DNA from: an uncultured virus (IMG/VR IMGVR_UViG_3300028173_000001) | Lineage: Duplodnaviria > Heunggongvirae > Uroviricota > Caudoviricetes | IMG/VR virus record: IMGVR_UViG_3300028173_000001 | Reading direction: 5' to 3' (one strand) | Length of the DNA stretch: 64,000 nt | Shown here: in pieces, positions 59,665-64,000 of the stretch | How the letters are laid out: each line of letters opens with the position of its first letter | Position numbering within the stretch: the stretch's first letter is position 1 | Position numbers and translations under genes: made by a program | Notes under the pieces: model-generated | Database searches by the model: none | Seen by the model: the letters and a program-made list of their open reading frames with translations, nothing else | Told to the model about the DNA's origin: nothing

Positions 59665-60330
59665 ATGGCAAGGTTATTTTTATCGCCGCGAGAAATAGAT
59701 TACATCAACGATGTGAACAAAGAGCTTATCAAGGATGTTGTAGGGCAGAAGATTTATTATTATCCTGTCAGACCTGACATCATGAAAATCCATGATGTGT
59801 ATGAAGAATCTCCAAGCAAAGTATTCGATCCGCCAATTGAGATCGAGGCGCGAGTCGACTACAAACCTGATGAGAACAGAATCAACCGCTACGGAATCGA
59901 AGAGTTTTATACGATTGAGGTATATCTGCATTACAGGGACTTACTAGATCGTGGGATTGAAACGAAAATTGGCGATTACTTTTCATACGATGTGACGTTC
60001 TTTGAGGTAATACAGCACCAGTACGATAACTCAATTTATGGGCAAATTGAACATGTCATGGGCGTGAAATTGATGGGTCGTCAGGCAAGAAAAGGCCAGA
60101 TGTCACAGACACCGCACGGCCCAACGTTCGAAGAGTACACCGATCCGGATGCAGTGCAGGATACATTTGTCCAGCAACGAGGTTTCGAGGAGAACAGACT
60201 CGGGGCGACAGATGATATTCGATCGCTGCAACAAAAAGGTGTTCTAACAGCGCCAATTTCAGGACCAGCCGAGGTTTCATCGAAGGGCGATGAAACAGAC
60301 GCAGGATCTTCATTTTACGACGAAAGTTAA
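59665..60330 (+). CDS. Neck/head-closure protein (gp14-like)
   Basis: GQKIYYY, HDVYEES..K.F..PIEI, GDYF; follows the gp13-like gene. Confidence 0.65.
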   Translation: MARLFLSPREIDYINDVNKELIKDVVGQKIYYYPVRPDIMKIHDVYEESPSKVFDPPIEIEARVDYKPDENRINRYGIEEFYTIEVYLHYRDLLDRGIETKIGDYFSYDVTFFEVIQHQYDNSIYGQIEHVMGVKLMGRQARKGQMSQTPHGPTFEEYTDPDAVQDTFVQQRGFEENRLGATDDIRSLQQKGVLTAPISGPAEVSSKGDETDAGSSFYDES

Positions 60331-60332
60331 CT

Positions 60333-61610
60333 ATGTCAACACGCGAACAACTCGAAGCCAACAGAGGTGGTAATCCACCTGCAGCCGGCGACAATACGTC
60401 AGGCATCAACCTAGAGCTCCCAAGCAGCACGATTGAGGACATCGATCGTGCGTTGTTCAATTTGTTCGATAAAGATCTTCCACTAACATATTCATATAAA
60501 AAAGAACCGAAAAAAATACCGATTGTGTTTGCATCTGGCGAGAGGTTTGCATTAATAGCCAGAAAGAAGCCCCTCCGCGACAAAGCTGGCGCCCTGATAT
60601 TGCCCATCATTTCAATAATGCGTACAAACGTAACGCAAGATAATGAAATGGGTATGGCATCAAATACCACAGTTCCGCATATCATTAAGAAACGCCTATC
60701 GAAAAAAGATCCCAGGTATCAGCGTTTACTAAACAAGACAGGTCTCAAGAACTCTGATGATTTGGCAACCGGCGAAGCATTCATGAACGATGGAACAGAA
60801 GCTCCACTAAAAGGCGCGAGCCCGGGTCGTGTTGCTTCTCGCCGGGGCGAATACGAGCTATCAGACAACGTAAGATCTGGAAACCTGCTCACCCCGAAAC
60901 TAGACAACAATATTTTTGAAGTGATTGAGATGCCACCTCCTACTTTTATCACTGCAACATATGATATTACAATTTGGGCGCAATATGTGATACAGATGAA
61001 TGACATTGTAATGGCAATCATGACAAATGCACAAAATTATGCGCAAAGGACGTTCAGAATTGAATCAGCAAAGGGATATTCATACGTCGCCTACATGGAT
61101 TCATCATTCGATCCAGCAAACAATTTTGATGATTTCACAGATGACGAACGGATTGTTCGCACGTCGTTCACAATGAAAGTGCCAGGTTTTTTGCTAGGGG
61201 AAACATACCCCGGCGCCCCGAATCGTCTTCGGTCGATTCTGTCGCAGCCTCAAATATCATTTGAAATGGACATGACATCCGTACAGATCGTTGATGATGT
61301 TGTTGTTGGTTCACCAAGTGGTGATCCCGGTGACTATGTGCTGGATGACTCGCGGCAATTGTTTGCGCCATTGCCAGGTGGGGCTGTTGCCGGCCAAGAG
61401 TCGGTGACGTACAATAATTCGAAAAACCTGAATGCAAAGTCACATGACAGAGATGAATCTGCGATGATCGGCGGTGCCGTGAACGATGTGAACGTGCGTA
61501 CTGTTGAGTCATTTGTTGATCCGTTCACCGGGAAAACAACCCGCCGGTACAATGTTGTCAAAACGAGGACAAATAGAAGTGGCGAAACTATTTATCGCGA
61601 GATTTTTTAG
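60333..61610 (+). CDS. Tail completion/sheath stabiliser protein (gp15-like)
   Basis: IPIVFASGER, LPIISI.R, PTFITATYDITIW..Y..QMNDIV. Confidence 0.65.
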   Translation: MSTREQLEANRGGNPPAAGDNTSGINLELPSSTIEDIDRALFNLFDKDLPLTYSYKKEPKKIPIVFASGERFALIARKKPLRDKAGALILPIISIMRTNVTQDNEMGMASNTTVPHIIKKRLSKKDPRYQRLLNKTGLKNSDDLATGEAFMNDGTEAPLKGASPGRVASRRGEYELSDNVRSGNLLTPKLDNNIFEVIEMPPPTFITATYDITIWAQYVIQMNDIVMAIMTNAQNYAQRTFRIESAKGYSYVAYMDSSFDPANNFDDFTDDERIVRTSFTMKVPGFLLGETYPGAPNRLRSILSQPQISFEMDMTSVQIVDDVVVGSPSGDPGDYVLDDSRQLFAPLPGGAVAGQESVTYNNSKNLNAKSHDRDESAMIGGAVNDVNVRTVESFVDPFTGKTTRRYNVVKTRTNRSGETIYREIF

Positions 61611-61691
61611 TTGCATGAAATATTTGATTTTTGCATTCTCGAGGATACTTACAATGGACGCTTCTTGAACATTTGAAGCTAAGGAGAAAAC

Positions 61692-64000
61692 ATGGCTGAG
61701 CAAACATTTCGATCTCCTGGATTTTTCGACCAGGAAATAGACCTATCAGGTCAGCAGGTTGCGCCAACGGGTGTGCCAGCCGGTGTTGTCGGCACATCTG
61801 AGAAAGGACCGGCATTCGTTCCGGTTACTGTCGGATCTTTCGCTGATTTCGAAACAAAATTTGGAACACTCAACGCAAAGCGGTTTGGTCCATATGCTGT
61901 TAAGCAGTGGCTTGACAATAGGACAGCACTTACATATGTGAGATTACTCGGTGCCGGTGCAAATGAGACTGCGACCGATATTTCAAACACCCGCGGGTCA
62001 GGAATTGTCAAGAATGCAGGATTTAGAATTACAGGCAGCGATTCGTTGAATACTGATTTGCCTGGCAGTCAAGGGCTTGTCCAGTTCATCGTCGCGCGGC
62101 ATGATGCTGTTGCAAACGATGAAACAAATGGCTACCCGATGTTTACTGACAATAGCAGCATCAACAATGCATCGTCTATGAACCTCGTCCGGGGCGCAGT
62201 TTTGCTCGCCACTGGCACAAGAATGATGGCGCTAGACAATACAGGAACCTACGCTGATCAGTCTGCGCCCGGGTACAACTCGGCACTCGTCGGTTCAATT
62301 CCATCCAGCCCATTGACACAAAACAAATATTTCAAACTGATTCTTAGCTCTTCGTCTGGAAAAGACTGGGCGTATGATGAAGGCTATGACGGAATCAAAA
62401 TTCTGACCGCCTCACTCGATCCCCACGACGCGAACTACATCGGCAAGGTCCTGAACACAGATCCACTCAAGTTCCAAGAGGAAGAGCATCTGCTTTACCT
62501 CGATTTCGCAGTCGAGCATGCACTTGCTCCTGTGATTTCAAGTGTTGTACCAACTGTCGCGTTGGTTTCAGGTTCAGCGAACAAAAGCACATCCGCCGGA
62601 ACTCCGGTCGGGTTTATGCAGCTATTCGGTCGATATGATACACGATACCAGACTCCACGAACAACGAATTTCATCTCACAGCCATATGGTGATGCTGAGT
62701 ATGACTTGTTCAGTTTTGAAACAATTGACGATGGTGTTTACGCCAACGAAAAATTCAAGGTTTCGATTGCAGGTCTGCGAGCAAGCACAAACGAAAAACA
62801 ACCATACGGTTTGTTCGAGGTGCAAATCAGATCATTCGAGGACAGCGACGGCAATTCAGCAATTCTGGAAAGGTACCCGAACTGCTCACTTGGCCCGAAC
62901 TCTGAGCGATACGTTGCACGCCTCATTGGCGACAAAAAGGTTCGATTTGATTGGGACCAGGAATCACCAGATGAGCGCCGCCTAGTTGTAACAGGAAAAT
63001 ACCCGAACGTTTCGCAGCGTGTTCGGATCGTAATGAATGAGCAGGTTGAGTTGGAGAAGGTTCCAAAAACTTCGTTGCCATTCGGTTTCCGGGGAGTTCC
63101 GGTCATCAAGACGACTGATACGCTGACTGATAGCTCAACGGCACTTACAGGTCTCAACGGAGAAACAATTGGTGATGTAACAAGGCGTCGCCTTGGTGTT
63201 TACCATACATCAGGCACATCAGTTATGGCCACCACCGGTTCTATCGTACCTCCTCTTCCTTTCCGAGTGAAAGTGACGAAGGGTGCAGTCCAGGGTATAA
63301 GCCCAACATTCCTAGGCGATCCTGGCAGCACAGAACGTGTTGACGGTCGACTATACTGGGGCGTCAAAACTGATCCGCTGCCTGTTTCATCAAGCAACGA
63401 TTCGACACTCGGTATCACTGATGCGGTCCTTCGTTCAAATGAAGGTGCAGGAATCAACCCACTTGTTAGAACATACACGAAGTTCCAGGGTATCTCGAAG
63501 ATGGACAGTTTGGTAACCGGTTCCGGTGCAGACTTCTTCAACGATAACAAATTCACCTTGGCACGAGTGGCCCTATATAATGCCGCAACACAGCTTTCTG
63601 ATGTCACGACGCAAGTCACCGGCACAGCCCGAGAGCACATGCTCCAAGCTGCATACGTACGAAATGGTCGTCCGAACCCATCCACATACACCGTTACTGA
63701 CGGTGCACGGACAGGACGAATCACCATGGCGTCGTTGATCGCAACATCATCGGCACTGTTCAATCGCTTCACCGAGTACCACAAGTTCACAAACGTGTTC
63801 TACGGTGGATTTGACGGAACGAACATCCTTGATGAAGACCAAGGATACTTCCGTGACAAAGCATTGTCATCTGACACAGGCGGTAAAGCACAACCAACAC
63901 CCGGAGCCGCAGACAGAATTGGTCTTGCACTAATCGGAACTGCTAACCAGGCGGGCGGCGGACGACTCAACAACAATGTTGCATCGATTCGAACCGCTGT
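61692..64000 (+). CDS. Tail sheath protein, 3'-truncated by the window edge
   Basis: AAGGAG RBS; MAEQTFRSPGFFDQEIDLS...GVVGTSEKGPAFVPVTV is a typical sheath N-terminus; absent from the ORF track, consistent with no stop in the window. Confidence 0.88.
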   Translation, partial: MAEQTFRSPGFFDQEIDLSGQQVAPTGVPAGVVGTSEKGPAFVPVTVGSFADFETKFGTLNAKRFGPYAVKQWLDNRTALTYVRLLGAGANETATDISNTRGSGIVKNAGFRITGSDSLNTDLPGSQGLVQFIVARHDAVANDETNGYPMFTDNSSINNASSMNLVRGAVLLATGTRMMALDNTGTYADQSAPGYNSALVGSIPSSPLTQNKYFKLILSSSSGKDWAYDEGYDGIKILTASLDPHDANYIGKVLNTDPLKFQEEEHLLYLDFAVEHALAPVISSVVPTVALVSGSANKSTSAGTPVGFMQLFGRYDTRYQTPRTTNFISQPYGDAEYDLFSFETIDDGVYANEKFKVSIAGLRASTNEKQPYGLFEVQIRSFEDSDGNSAILERYPNCSLGPNSERYVARLIGDKKVRFDWDQESPDERRLVVTGKYPNVSQRVRIVMNEQVELEKVPKTSLPFGFRGVPVIKTTDTLTDSSTALTGLNGETIGDVTRRRLGVYHTSGTSVMATTGSIVPPLPFRVKVTKGAVQGISPTFLGDPGSTERVDGRLYWGVKTDPLPVSSSNDSTLGITDAVLRSNEGAGINPLVRTYTKFQGISKMDSLVTGSGADFFNDNKFTLARVALYNAATQLSDVTTQVTGTAREHMLQAAYVRNGRPNPSTYTVTDGARTGRITMASLIATSSALFNRFTEYHKFTNVFYGGFDGTNILDEDQGYFRDKALSSDTGGKAQPTPGAADRIGLALIGTANQAGGGRLNNNVASIRTA

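Noticed and set aside
538..63790. Numerous minus-strand and nested ORFs in the track (e.g. 18781-19545, 40601-41263, 46105-46698, 63200-63790)
   Set aside because: Antisense shadows of well-supported + strand genes with no motifs or RBS
1..64000. Stop-codon reassignment (alternative genetic code)
   Set aside because: TAA, TAG and TGA all end recognisable full-length genes (terminase TAA, MCP TAG, portal TGA); only one interrupted gene was seen
1..64000. tRNA, rRNA or other structured RNA genes
   Set aside because: Intergenic gaps are short and none showed a cloverleaf or recognisable RNA family by eye

Overview
The window is 64 kb of a large, T4-like-architecture myovirus (jumbo/huge-phage type), almost entirely coded on the + strand in the standard genetic code. 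In order it carries: baseplate/tail structural genes (1-23228, 27142-29637) interrupted by an accessory island with sigma70-like promoters (23229-27075); a RuvC-like resolvase, primase and fused Mre11-Rad50 gene; terminase, portal, prohead protease, scaffold and major capsid protein (MCP); a post-capsid accessory region; then neck, tail-completion and the start of the tail sheath gene. Four free-standing homing-type endonucleases are present. Main unusual observations: (1) two endonucleases sit at the 5' end of host genes and appear to supply a recoded replacement N-terminus with a GAGGTG-N4-ATT/ATC non-canonical start; (2) two stand-alone genes derive from complementary parts of the MCP; (3) eight small genes share an MKITE-x-x-LR-x-x-I-x-E leader fused to unrelated bodies, near ADP-ribosyltransferase-like and ParB-like genes, suggesting a capsid-cargo system; (4) two distinct promoter motif classes; (5) a methyltransferase split by one in-frame TAA. 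All calls come from motif recognition and by-eye alignment; no database search was run.
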